This document shows, piece by piece, positions 44,169 to 59,424 of a stretch of DNA of 64,000 nucleotides. A model generated the notes under the pieces. The model was not told the origin of the DNA and made no database searches. It saw only the letters and a list, made by a program, of their open reading frames with translations. Numbering within the stretch: position 1 is the first letter of the stretch; the number at the start of each line of letters is the position of its first letter. The DNA lies in NCBI RefSeq assembly GCF_009914755.1, contig NC_060933.1; one strand, 5' to 3'. Position numbers and translations under genes: made by a program. Origin of the DNA: the human T2T-CHM13v2.0 reference genome, Homo sapiens.

Positions 44169-46552
44169 CCCAGCAGCCACAAGCGGCTCCCAATCAGCAT
44201 CTTAAAAGTTTTGTGGTGAGTATCAGGGTCTGAGGTCACTATGCTGTGGGTATTTCTGGGGGCCCATTACCTTTCTGTTAAGATTTCCCAGGTAATTTAA
44301 AAGGGAGTAACAGGAGCTGCCACTCGTGAGCGCCTCACAGTAGCTTAGGCTTCAGCCCTGCAGGGACCCCGCCCTTTCCTCTGACTTCTTGTCTGTAACA
44401 AGGTGCTGGTGTGGATTTGGATGGGGAGCCGACACTGGGTGCTTCCCTGACATGTGCTGGTCTCTGGTTACGAGATGAGGGAGCCCACACCTCAGAGCAA
44501 AAGAAGAGAACCAGTACAGAAGCAACTTTTAAAAATATGCCTGGTTGAGAGACCTGCCCCTGCCTACATCTTTCAGTGGGGTGTGTCCATCCTCCTGCTT
44601 TCCCACATCACATTGAAAGAGCACTAATGACGGGGAGGATGGAGACAATGTTTGGATTTACTTAGGAAGCACGTACCCTAAACACTGGTGCATGAAGAAT
44701 CCCCCCGGAGCTCTTATCCTACATAATGCCTGCCTCTACACCACAATGCATGCTCACCACTTAGTTTTAAAGAAGATGCAAACAGATCTAGAAAGCCTCA
44801 ACCAGCTGCTCCATTTAAGAGAGGGAGTTTAAACTATAGGGACTCAAAACATCATTTCTGGGAGACTGTGGGCCAAGAAAGAATTAACTAAATAGGTTTT
44901 TCTACCTGTGACAGGGCCACATCCACTCTTGAATTTGGGGGTGTTGGGGGAGGGGTCGTGTGTGTGTTGGTCAGAAGAGGGGCACCATGCTGCATGCTTT
45001 TTAGAGTATACAGACTCTCATGGCCCAGCCAAGGCTCAGCACTAGGCATGTCACCGAATTCTCTAACACCCACCATGATGAACTGATGTGAGCTCCATAC
45101 CCTGAGGTTCCAGCATCCATCACAATGATCCGAGAGAAGGAGATTATCCCCCTGAAGCACAAATTGGGGTCCTGGATGGCAGCCAATGATCATAAGAGAT
45201 GCCGTAGACACGAGGAGAGTCTAGCTTTTGCCGGGCTGATTTGAAAGGATTAGGTGGATGTTTAGGGCCAGCCCTCACCAGCACGAAGAAAAGATATCCT
45301 GACGCTTCCAGCCTGACTAGGTCAGAGCCTACTACAGGTTACAGACAGTGTAGAGAAACAAAACAAGACAAAAAAAAAATCACAGTACAGTACATGGTGA
45401 ACTCACACACGTGTTCACACGCACAGCCAAACAAGAGGACCGCACACAACGACACCTAGAGAAGCCACCAGGATTAACGTGCTTTCTTCATATCTGCTCA
45501 TTAAACAAAAAAATTATCACGCATAGCGTGTTTGAAAGTTAACAGTAACATTTCATACTACCACAGGGTTGTGATATGCAAATTTAAAATATTTTAAACA
45601 GAAACCTTTACAAAATAATCCTATTACATAAGCAATATTTGCATAGAATTATACAAGTAAATTATACAATATTTAAGCAGCAGCAACATATGCTGAAATT
45701 TAAGACTAATGAAGCTTGGTTGTGGCACGGAGCCCAATGCACAAATACGGAGAGGCCCCACTGTGGCCTCCACACTCTGGGGCAGGAGTGGAGAAGCCCC
45801 AGATCATACCACTTTACATCCTTCCTTCCTATATTACACATGTGTACATCTCTTAAATATTTATAGAAATATTTAACAAAATAATACAATCGGTTACAGT
45901 AACAATGAACTGCTGTCCTGGCACAGGGCATCTTTTCCATAACTCCAACCAGTTCTCTTCAAGCAGTTCTGGAAAGAGGTGGGGGTGGGGGGTTTCCAAT
46001 CTTTGGCCTCTTTGCTTCAGATTTTAATCACCCTTTAAAAGGAAGCAAAAAAGGAAGTTGAACAGAGTAAGAGGTGTGCAAGTCCGTATTTATAAAGTAC
46101 AAAAGCAGGCAGCAGTAACCTTGGTATTAGAAATCACGAGAGTGGGGTGTGGGCCTGAGGTGTCCCTGGGGGCTGCTTGTGACCTCTCCCTTCATCTGGG
46201 GGCTGGTTACACGGATGCGTTCCCATGTGACCAATTCGCTGTGGCATGCACCTCCATAAAGACTGGCAAATATTGGTAAAAGGTGGTGCTGTTTGTGTCC
46301 TTGTGGCGCTGCACCGACCCTCCGCAGGTTAGCAGTGGGGGAAGAGAGCAGTGTGGAGCTGGACTGGTTCCCCAAGGATGACAAAGCTTGGACACATCAG
46401 CCTTGCTCTGGGGATAAAAGGTCACTGGGGTCCAGCGTGGGATGTGCCCGAGCGCCACAGCCCCTCGGGGATGCCGAGAACCCCAGGAGAACCTTGTCCT
46501 CCTCTTTGCCTGGCTCTAGGTCCCTTGGCTGCCCTTGTCAGTGGCACTCACC

Positions 46553-47176
<624 letters not shown>

Positions 47177-47519
47177 TCACCAAAGACTCAGTCAACCCTG
47201 GGGAGCCAATGGGGGCCTTCCACCCACAAAAGAAAAGCCTGTCCTTCTAATAACCTCCAGGACCTGGCGGAGGAGCGTGTTGTTTGAAAATCCTGTTTCC
47301 AGGCTTTCTCTGACACGGCTGGCTGGACACGTACTGCTGCTGCCCATAAATGTGGGCTGTGGTCAGAGCATCCAAGCTGCTGCCCCCCACAACCTGCCCC
47401 CGACCCTGTTAGGTTCTGCAGGCTCTGAGCTGCCCCTCTCCCGAAGTTGCTAAGTGTGCGGCCCTGGCTGGCCTGAGTGCAGGACGCTGGCAGGACTGTC
47501 TCTGCCTACTCTGTCAAAC

Positions 47520-47680
47520 ACAGTAGCCGCTCCAGACATGTGGTTGCTTAAGTTTTAATGAACTAAAATCCAAAATCCAGCTCCTCGGTAGCCCCGGCCA
47601 CATTTCAAGTGCTCCACAGCCACGTGTGGCCGGTGGCTCCCATCCTGGAAAGCAGAGAGGGCATTTTCGTCACTGCGGAG
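47520..47680. mobile_element. MER3/MER33-like hAT fragment in intron 22
   Basis: gccacatttcaagtgctccacagccacgtgtggccggtggc. Confidence 0.6.
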
Positions 47681-48664
47681 GGCTGTGGCGGGCAGCCTGT
47701 TCCATCTGATTGTTAAGAATCTGGTCTCTGCGTCTCTATACAAAGCACAGAGCAACACAGTGGCCACATCAATCAAAAGGACCGTGACCAACTTCAAAGT
47801 CGTTCAGCTTGTACCTATTTTTAGGCTCCTGCTGAACAAAACCAGATTCACACTGCAGCTCAGCGGGCGTCGTCGCGGGGGGTAGGAGGAGGACAATTCA
47901 GGTTATTTGGTTGGCCTTTCTCTCTTTCACGGAAGGGCTGCTCTGGCCTGGGACTGGAATACCCATTTCCTGGAGGGACAGCAGGGGGCCCTCAGTGGAG
48001 CAACATCAGCCCAGAACCTTCCTTGAGTTTTCAGGGCTGAGCCCATCCCAGGGAGCACAGGGTGGAGGAAAGGACCCAGGTCCTTGGAGCCTCCGAGGAG
48101 GGGCTCCCAGGCTCCTGGTGACCTCCTGAATCACTGAAGGCTAAGAACTCAGGGGTGGTTCTTGGCCTCTCTGCTCTTTCCTGCCACCTGGAACATGAGC
48201 TTGGAGCCCCAAAAGCTATGGTAAAGTATTTAGACAATAATAATGAATGTTGTATCAAGGGCATTGAAACCTAACAGAAATGAGAGAAGGAAAAAACCTG
48301 ACCTCTGTTGGCAATAAAAATACTACTAGTTTTAGAAAATATCACTCTCAAATGACATGCACCTTAAGAGGAAAAAAAAAAAAAAGGCAGGAATGCTTTA
48401 TCTCTGGCCTTTGAAGCCCAAACTGTCCTCACCCTGAACAAGATAGATGCTACTGCTTTGTGCAGTGACATTACTGGCCCCTGCCCTTTTTATCCTTTAT
48501 GAGATCAAACCACAGGAAGATGGCATTTGTATAGTTGAGAAAGAGTTAAATACTGGTTATTTCCTATGATTTGACCTAGTCTGTACCTTATCTCTGCATC
48601 CCATCTGCCTGTGTGATGTGCTGCTCAGCAGACAGGAGCCCCCGCTGGACCTCCAGGCCCACTA

Positions 48665-48964
<300 letters not shown>

Positions 48965-49481
48965 CTATTTAAGGGGATTCCATGTTAAAAGTGTTCTTGT
49001 CCATTTACCTGCTGGCCACACTCAAAGCTCAAAGCACGGTATTTTTCAGGGGCCTCTGTTCCCTGCCCTGGGGCCCTGCGCACTGTGCCGTATTAACCTC
49101 CCCTTCTCTACCACCTGGAGGACCTTCAGGTCCCGCAGCTGGAGCAGAAGAACTGTCCTCTGCTCCACACTGGAAAGGCAGGATGTGTACTTTTTACTCT
49201 TGTGAAGTCCAATTATGCATCTCAAGGGGAAAGTCTTCATTTACTGTATAAAGATCTGTAAGACCCAGGCTGCCAATCAGTTGATTTAGAGGAACCAAAC
49301 CGAACCCGCCCTCTAGCCCTCAAAGCCAGTACACCGAAGAGGAAAACAGACATGACTCTGAGATGTTTACTGAAGAACCACCAGCAAGTGGGGAGGCACC
49401 TAAGTATCGAAGTGAAGAGCGGCACAGGAAACACAGCATTCAGCCGGCCTACACGTGGGACATCCCCGTGTCACTACTGAC

Positions 49482-49581
49482 CTCAGGATATGGTCCAAAG
49501 AAAGACAAAAGCACGGGAAGCAAAACCAGCCCATTGAGAACGCCGAGGATGGTGAGGATCGCCAGCACAGCAAAGAAATAC
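49482..49581 (-). CDS. PTCH1: PTCH1 coding exon 21 (100 bp; last TM helix)
   Basis: Manual translation [33 protein letters not shown]; cccag| acceptor, |gtcagt donor. Confidence 0.96.
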
Positions 49582-51957
49582 CTGGGAGATCAAGAGGAAA
49601 CGGGAACACGCGCTGTGACAGGGTGGATCGCGCCACCCTCCGTGTGCCCGACACAGCAGCATGGCAACGCCAGAAATGAACAAAACCCACCCCACTGAAA
49701 AGGCTGTTATCCAACCGCAGTTCACATTCAACACAAGGTGAGTTTTTGCTTTTTGTTTCTTTACCTTATGACTTTGAGGACTACATTCCACAACCCAAAG
49801 TGTTAGTTCATGAAGGGAAGAAAAAAAAAATTAGTTTGTTAATTTGCTGAACTCTGATGGCATGTAATGTTATTTATGAATGTGTTACACAAACACAAAA
49901 ATATGGAATGCGACCTGAATGGCTGGGCAGACTGAAAGCACAAACACAATGCCGAGGGGCCCCGCTCGTGAAAACCCAGCAGAAGCAAACAAATGAAGTG
50001 AAGGGTGTAGAATTTAAACAATTTAGCCCAGGAGGAAAAGCAGCCCACTTCTGCAGGCTGCTAATCCACTGTGAAATGCTTCTGCATCTTACGGCAGAAT
50101 CTCTAATTAAGTCTCTAGCATATCAGGTAAGGCTTTCCCTGGCCTTTCATTAATCACAACTTTCTGCCTAGAATTCTGTGAGTTCCAGTTTTACCAAATA
50201 GCTCCAATTGCAACCTTTTTAGAACACAGGAACCAGCTTTCTGCAAAGAAAATGCTGCCCATTCTGTGGGAGCTGGGGCATTGTGCTGGGTGAGGGCACT
50301 CCACAATGGCGGGGCTGCTCTGCGGGCCAATCTTTTGTTGAACAATTTAGCATCTCTGAATACTCTTGTTTTGCGTCAGCCAATTCAAACATAAAGGCCG
50401 CAGCACCATGGCAGAGGAGGAGAGTGCAGAAGTAGTTCTGCTTTCCCACCATTGAGGGCTAAGGTCTGGAATCCTTCATGAATACCAAGGTAAACCTGTC
50501 AGCCAGGGACAGCCTCTGGCAGACACTCTGCATGGCTGGAGGGCACAGACTCCACGCAGGGATGCGTTTCTGGAACTAATGATTTCTAGGGCAACTCTGA
50601 TGGAAGTGGGCTGGGGTAGGGGAGAGGCTCAGGATGTTCTGGGAAGGGGGGGGCAAGATATCTATCTGTTAATGGTCCTCTGGTTCATAAAATGGAACAG
50701 GCAACCAGTGCTGCCATGTCTATATATGTTTTGACATCAGATGAAAGGAGAGAGAATCCCCATAAAAATACAAATACCTCACAGCTATTGTAAACACTAG
50801 AAACTTCTGAACTACATTAGTAAAAACCAAGCAGCCAATGTCTTGGTCTAATGTAAACTGCTGGAACTTTCGGCTGGGGCATGTATCAGCAGCCACATTA
50901 AGACATTTGCATCCCATCCATCTAGCTGAAGCATAAACAGGCCAATTAGATTTCTGACGGCTTAGCATATACAGTGTCTGCTCATTTATTTGACCTTGGT
51001 GAGGCCTTTATCAGGTTAATCCATCCCATCCTAGAAAATGGGAAGCCCTTTTAAGTGCTTGAAAGAGGAACCCTGATATTTCTGGGCGGGAACAACCCCG
51101 GCTGAGAGGAGAGCGCTGGGATTCCAGCTGCCAGGTTTCCAGCTGGGGGCTCTAATTCAGGCTAAGTTTCCTCATTCAGCATCCCCCACAAGGCTGAGCG
51201 AGACCCTCCTGTAACTCATGAGACCCCAGCACACCTTGCATTTCCCCTGGTTTTGCCTGTGAACTTGTCTCTCCCCTAAAAGACCTTAGGCTACACAGAG
51301 GGATATGGGGGTCCCCATTATTTGCTGTTGTGCAAATGGCACTTATGGGGTGCTTGTTATATTTGTGTTAAACGAGAAAGTAAATATGCAAAAGAAACTC
51401 TACTTGACATTGAGCTTTTATATCATAATGATAACGTTAGTGCCTGAAAAAGTGTATACTAAGAACAAAGGAAAAGCTAAAATCAAACTAAGAACTAAAA
51501 TAAAACACAGACCAAAACATTTAACTCAGTTGGGCAACTCTCTACTTGGTATTGGCAAACAGGAATTTAGGAACTGGCTTGCTGGCTTAGCAGTAGTTTG
51601 TGCTGAGAAGTCTAGCTCCATGGACATTGCAGGGAGGTAGCTGGAGATGCAGACCCAGCCCTCATCCCACCTCCCGCCCCCCGAAATCGGCCCTGCACTT
51701 AGACCCTCAGATGATTCCTCAGCACATCGGTGTGAGAAGCGCTGGTCTACAGCGATTCCACTTCACCATTCACTCTATGCAAAAACTACAATAAGCAAGC
51801 TTGGCACTCATTCTAAGAAGGCGGCCTCCATGATGCCAAATTGCCCAGTGGGCTATGCCACAGGCCAACCAATGGACTCATCTCTTTCCCGTAATAAAAC
51901 TTTGGCTAAAACTTCTAGTTGAAACCCTCTTCTTTTTACTTGAAGATAAGAAGCGTA

Positions 51958-51998
51958 TCTCTCTCTCTGACACACACACACACACACACACACACACA
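51958..51998. repeat. (CT)n(CA)n microsatellite in intron 20
   Basis: About 14 CA units. Confidence 0.9.
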
Positions 51999-52780
51999 AC
52001 CTCTCAGTACTGAAGCGTGCCAAACAAACCAATCATTTCTCACATCTGGTTCTGCCCTGTCATGGTTCTAATCCTGGACTATCTTTTACTTATTGGTGAT
52101 TCTGGCCTTAGAGCTCCATAAAGTAGCAGAGTTCTATCCAAGAGCAGGTCCCTCACAAAGCCATGGAGGCTGCTCAAAGAAGCAAGTGGTTTCCTCCTCT
52201 GCAGTTCTCAAATTCTTTTCAAAAGGAAAACTCACTGTTCTTTTATATTTCACAAAGTCATATTCTTAATTAAATCAACTGGAAACGACTTGCCTTGAGA
52301 TCCAAACTAGGCTTAGATTCCCAAGAGTTGACACCAAAGTCCAATGCTAAATGCTTCCTAATTGTGGGGACTCGAATATGAAATCTGAGCACGTCATTTT
52401 CACTTCTTAAAAGAATAAAGTCAGGTGACAATTTTAGGTATTTTTAAGTTTTCCTTTCTACAGTTTGAAGGAGAGGGAGCGTAGGTCAAATGTGGCATTT
52501 CTTTCTGCAGTGTTTCTAACCCGAGACAATAATGGGCCACCTATTGGGTGATCCTTTGGCTTCAAGCTGCAGAGTTGTCTTTGCTGCCAGCCCCAAATCC
52601 TTTACCTTCTGTTTTCAAGATACTCCCCAAGACAGCTCTAGAAGAGAGCTTGTCTTTATACCTCCGAATATCTCTACGTTAACAAGTTCAAAAGAAAGCA
52701 GAGTCACGATGACGAGGTGCTGCAATCTACCAGATACAGAAGGAAATAAGCAACGAAGATCACCTGAGCTAATAACAATA

Positions 52781-53070
52781 TTTTTTTTTTTGAGACAGAA
52801 TCTCGCTCTGTCACCCAGGCTGGAGTGTAGTGGCGCAATCTCAGCTCACTGCAACCTCCGCCTCCCGGGTTCGAGCAATTCTCTGCCTCAGCCTCCCAAG
52901 TAGCTGGGATTACAGGCACCCACCACCACGCCCGGCTAATTTTTGTATTTTGAGTGGAGATGAGTTTCACCATCTTGGCCAGGCTGGTCTTGAACTCCTT
53001 GACCTTCTGATCCACCCGCCTCGGCCTCCTAAAGTGCTGGGATTACAGGCGTGAGCCACTGCACCCGGCC
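52781..53070 (-). mobile_element. AluS-like element, sense to PTCH1, starting ~48 bp after the exon 20 donor
   Basis: Full Alu on the minus strand. Confidence 0.93.
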
Positions 53071-53117
53071 CAATCACAATGATTTCTAAAACATGTCTCC
53101 TTGCACACGCCTGCTTA

Positions 53118-53327
<210 letters not shown>

Positions 53328-55886
53328 CTAAATGTTACAAGCTCTCAGAACTGCTCACATCTTACTGTTTTAGTTGCTAGAATGTGTAATCAGAGTAGCT
53401 CAACTAGCAGCACCTAGACTTAAACTAAGATGACCTCTTCATGACACTGGGTCATATTTGGTGTTGACGTAAATCTTGAACACAGTAAAATCAAAACTAT
53501 ATAAAAATGGACAGAAATGTCCCCTTCTTTTCACTGATACTCACCCCGAAGTTTCCCCCCTCCTTAAATGATCTCACACCACTCACACGTGAGACCTCCA
53601 ATTCCCACAGCACAGGATTCTGGCTAATGCATTGGATGGCTAAGAGCTTAGCTCAGTGTCCCAAGCAATTGGGTGCTACACACACTTCCTCACGATTATG
53701 CAGAGGTGAGACCTTCTGTCACTGTTTCAGGCTATGTTTGTAGTACATCTAAGCACTATGAGTGTATTGCAAGAAATACACAGGACCGTACATTTGAATC
53801 AAGCCCTTCTGAACATTGTGTGGACACATCCCTGTCTCTCCTGCAGTCCTAAAGCTCTCCTAGGCCAGAAATGCTGTTGATAACTAAACGGGAACTTTGC
53901 AGAGTAAATTCTGGAAGATCAGACTGTTGGCCTGAACGTGTGACCCCTGCAGGGAGTGTTGAACCTGGCACAAGTTCTCTCTCTGAAGTTCAGGCTGCTC
54001 TGGATTATGCCGAGAGGAGAGGGCTGGGTGTCTTTGGCAGGATGCGTTTCTATCCCTTACCTACCTGCAGAAGGACTGAGACGGTCGTTCTCCTTAACAG
54101 ATGAAAAAATACAAATATACAAAGGTGTGCTAAGAGTTTTCATACTTTTCTCTCAAACAGGTTCTACTCTTTCAGAGTTGGTAAAGACATTAGGGTCAAT
54201 ATAGCTGCCTTCTGCTCTTGGGGCAAGGCACCAAAGGGGTTTTTCAGCCATGCTGGCTTGCATCATATTTGGGCCATGAGGCCATAAGGGCCTAGTTGTG
54301 ACTACCCTGTCACACACTGTTTCTATGTTACTGAGACAGCAAATGAACGGGAACCCACTGATTTCCTAAAGACATTCATGAAAGAAGACTCTTCTTCACA
54401 GCCTTATTCTACCATTTTACAAACCTTGAAAGAGCAATAACTGCCAACTCTAAATGCAATTTCACATAGAGGATCAGAATACTGAAAATGACTTGGACTA
54501 GAAGTCCTAGAGTTTAGAGACTGCAGTTAGCATTTCCATGGTAAAAATCTGCTCTGGGATACCCATTTGCCCTGCTAGCTTCCAAAAAAGGTGGTTTCCA
54601 TTTGCATCAGAATAAAATAACTTATGGATTCTTAACTCACATGCAAATTTATCTCCCTTTTGAAGAACTGTATTGGAATTATGGGTTTTCTAAACTCTAG
54701 GCTGGCACTCTTCTTTTTAAAAAAATAGTCCCTCCTCCCAGCTCAAAGGAAGAAAATAATTTGAGCAGGCTCAAAATTTAGAGAATACTGTTGCCATATT
54801 ATTGGCTTTTTATGATACACTGTAAAAAAAATGGGATAACTTCAACAAAGCATTCCTTCCAAAACACAAAAGTTTACAATCTCTCAATTGTATCACAGTA
54901 GCCCTGGAAAGACTGCAGAAGGCACAAGGCTGCAGCCTATGTGGAGACATGCATGTGCCATGTGCTGAGCCCAAAGGAAACCTGTGCTAGAGATTGCAAA
55001 AGCAATGGCGGAAGTGATTTGGTCAAGCCCAGTGCTGGCTTCCTAGCTAGGGTATTTCGCACGTCGATATTTAACAGGTGAACGCATTTACTTATTGAAT
55101 GCCTACTGATAACCCCAAGTTCTTAGGCTCTAATCTGCAGACAGAACATAATTTACACAGTTGTGATGTTTTGGATAATTCTTTGATAAATGTATACAAC
55201 AGATTTATCTCTTGGACTAAAGATTCCTTCTGAAGTTTAATTACCTCCAACAAAGCATTCACAGGGCAAGATAGAGAAAAAGAGAGGGAAAAAAATGTCT
55301 GTTGAAAGCAACACTGGTTCTCTTACTTTCTGCTATCATGAATGTAGAGGCTGGGAGGTCTGAGGAACTGGGTGGGCTTAGGTAGAAGAGCCAGTTCCCC
55401 GGGGCTGAACAATGGAGCCTCCACTCCTAAGCCCGAGGGTACTTCCTTGGCTGCCAGCTCACCTCATCCTCAGTGATGCCATCCCCAAGCCTGTGAGTGT
55501 GGTCTCATTTTATCCCCACTGTTCCTGTTGTTTTTAAAACTCTGTGTATGCCCACCCACACACTCACCACATAATCCGCCTTATGAACAAACGTCACAAC
55601 GTCAGGAATCGTGGGGGTATAATGACAGTCAAAGTCAGGTGAGCACGGCCCTTCAAGGCCCACTCCAACACACCAACCCTGCACTGCCTACGGCTGACAG
55701 GGCCCGCTGCCATGTACCTTCCATACCCCTCTCCTTAGCCTCCCTTGAGGGAAAGGAATCCAGAAATCTTGCAGGCTCTCCTAGGGGGCCCCTGTGCCCT
55801 GAGGCCTTTTCACTGCCACGCACAGGGAGAATGCAAGGTTCCCACTTGGAGACAAACAGAGCCAGAGGAAATGGGTTGTTTTTTCA

Positions 55887-56075
<189 letters not shown>

Positions 56076-57641
56076 TCAGTGGGCGGGCAGGTCACCCTCT
56101 GGGGCTGCCCACAAGGGAGGTCGCCAGAGGGCTAAGGTGTCCTCGGTTCAGATCAAAACAATGAATGGACTGACTTGCTTTAACTCTGGACACTGCCTTT
56201 ACTGCCTAATTCATCTTCCCGCTGGGAAGGGAGACTGTGGGACAGCTGATGTGTAAAGCTGTAGAAGGCAAAGTAGAGTGTTCTAATGCAAATTATTTTC
56301 CAATGTACCTTCTCCAGAAAGCAAAAAACATACAGAACAACTCCACCAGCGCAATCCACGAGGAATTGCACAAGCATGGCCGCATCACTTAGCTGCGAAT
56401 TTCACAGTTTACAACAAGACCCATCTCTCCTCCTGCTTGGGTCTCAGCCGCCAGAGACCATCCGTGAACCCATCATTAAGTTTTTGGTTGCCTCACTCTC
56501 CATTCTAAAGAAAGCTGATAGGACGGGGTGAATAAAAGATTTGCAGGTCAAAGTAGTTTTGCTTTTGTGAGTGAACCTGCAGGCTAAGCAAAGATGATGT
56601 GGGGGCCAGGTAAGCGGGGAGGTCGTCATCAGCTGACGCTGTCAGGTTACAGGAGCCCTGCACTTTGAAGAGCTGGGGACAGCTGGGGTGGACTGAGCCA
56701 ACTGTTAAAATCCAAGGAAAAGCTTCTTGCCTTTCATCTTCCTTGTAAAAATTTGTGGGGAAATGGAAATAAAATCTGTGAGTTAGATTTGGAGTTTCTT
56801 GGTCCAAAGCGGAGAAGATACAAATAAACAACAAGTTACCAGATGGAAGAGAAGGAGAAAAATGATCTTTCTTCTCTGGGGGTGGGTGGTGGGCAGAGGT
56901 GGAGGGAGGGGAAGGAATGATGAAAGATGGACAACATCAATTGCTAAGTGCCATGAAAACTCTCACAGACTAAACATTTACCTTTTAATGTACCTGCTGC
57001 ACAGACTCACGGTGCAGACACAAAATCTGGCCTTTGTTTTTATAATTTTGGCATTTTAAAGGCTATACCATAGTTCACAGAATTTAAACATTGCCACGGT
57101 TTTATTAGACTCTACATGAAACTTACATCAAAATCTGAGAGTATTTTGGAGAAGGGATGCCAAAAAACAGGTTCGTAATATTAGTTTATCATTTTCCCCC
57201 AGGACTTAAAACACACAAAATCATTTTCTCCATATATCACTCTCCTAACTTCTCTGATTGTCCCTTCATGTTAAATGCAGAAGAACCTGCTATGTCGTTA
57301 TTAGGCCTGGATGAGGTCACAAAATGACACTTTTCAATTAAAGAAAAAATGAGCTAGGCTTTGAGTGTTTTGATTTAATAAATGTTCAGAGCTGTGATGG
57401 AAGGTGTGCTTTAAAAAGTCCCCTATCTTTCCACAAAAATCTTCAAGCTACAGGAGAGAGGACCTACGAATAAGGCCATTAGAGGTTCTACCTTAACCAT
57501 GGACCTCACCACCTCGAGTAGAATAAACATATTACGGATGATGCAAGCTATACCCTCCTCCAGAGGCCCAGACATAAACAAAACTTCCCGGCTGCAGAAA
57601 GAGCTATGCTGAAAGGAATTTGACTTCCACAAAGCCCCTTA

Positions 57642-58106
<465 letters not shown>

Positions 58107-59235
58107 TTAAAAATGTTTAACTCTGTGATGTGTGTATTTTTTAAGATTTGATTTTAATCTTCCAGCAGTCATTCTTTGTGAGGGGTCTAAAAACTCCAGG
58201 CTTACATTTTGGGAACATTTTTTTGTTCCCTTGACACATATGAAAATACCAAGTTCACACAGTTTTATTCAATCACTTGCAAGAGCAAAAGAACTCAAGA
58301 GTCATGCTTTCCTGAGAAAAATGCTTAACTTATCCTTTTAGTGCCTGAACAAACTTCAACCTTGTATGCTTCTTTTCTAATGCAATGCTAAGTCTTCAGC
58401 AACAGGGGAAGAAATCCTTACACAACAAGCATTTAGTTACTGCCGTTGTGTGTTCCAGACCCTCTGGGGTCATTCAGTTGACTTGCTAAACATGATTTGC
58501 CCTATTATAATCTCAACTATAAATTTTCATTAAGACAAGCCTTGGCTGCCTGCCACAGGGCTCTGGGCAGCACTGGATCCGGGGAAGCACTACTCGCTGA
58601 GTCTCCAGCCATGTTTGCAAGGGGACCCGTCTTCTTTCTCACATCCTCCCTTGGCCCGGTATCCAAAGCATACGCTACTAATATCTCCACCAGAAATGCA
58701 AATGAAATCCACACAGAACCACCTTTCAAACTCTGGGCTGAGAGGTGAAAGGAAGAGGACGCTGTTGTATACAGACTTTTCTGCTCCGGTTTAAACAGCT
58801 TTGACACAGTGCAGGTGCTTGGTGGCTTATAGGAATGACCCAATGTGCCAAAAATCCCTTCAACACCAGAGTTGACAAAGTTAAGATAAACATATAATCC
58901 CCAGCGATAAAACTCTGCAATAGTAAAATAACACTTAACCTGGAGGCGTCCCCGGTGTTCACAGGGAACAGCTGGCACGTGAGAGCAACGCCTAATGAAC
59001 GTCTTAGCATTAAAGCTACGAATGGAGACGAGACACTGATTTCCCAATGTGATAGAGTGCGGGGGTTGTATCCCATTACACATCCTCGTCTCCCAGAGTT
59101 TTAAACGAGAAGAAATAGATTGTTCTGTTTACACTTCTGAACCCTGGGTAGCGTCAACGGATGAAGGCTGTTGCTGAGTTTGGAGAACCAGGGAAGGCAC
59201 CTCTGTAAGTTCCCAGACCTCCCGATAAAACGCTA

Positions 59236-59424
<189 letters not shown>

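Larger units (their letters stand above)
42620..46032 (-). other. PTCH1: PTCH1 terminal non-coding exon 24 (~3.4 kb 3' UTR)
   Basis: Pyrimidine tract plus ttttaaag|GGTGATTAAAATC acceptor at 46032; AU-rich and repeat-poor; AATAAA at 42643-42638. The 3' end is estimated. Confidence 0.88.

Noticed and set aside
47976-47993. CTCF-like motif GGACAGCAGGGGGCCCTC in intron 22
   Set aside because: Partial match only; cannot be scored without a PWM or ChIP data
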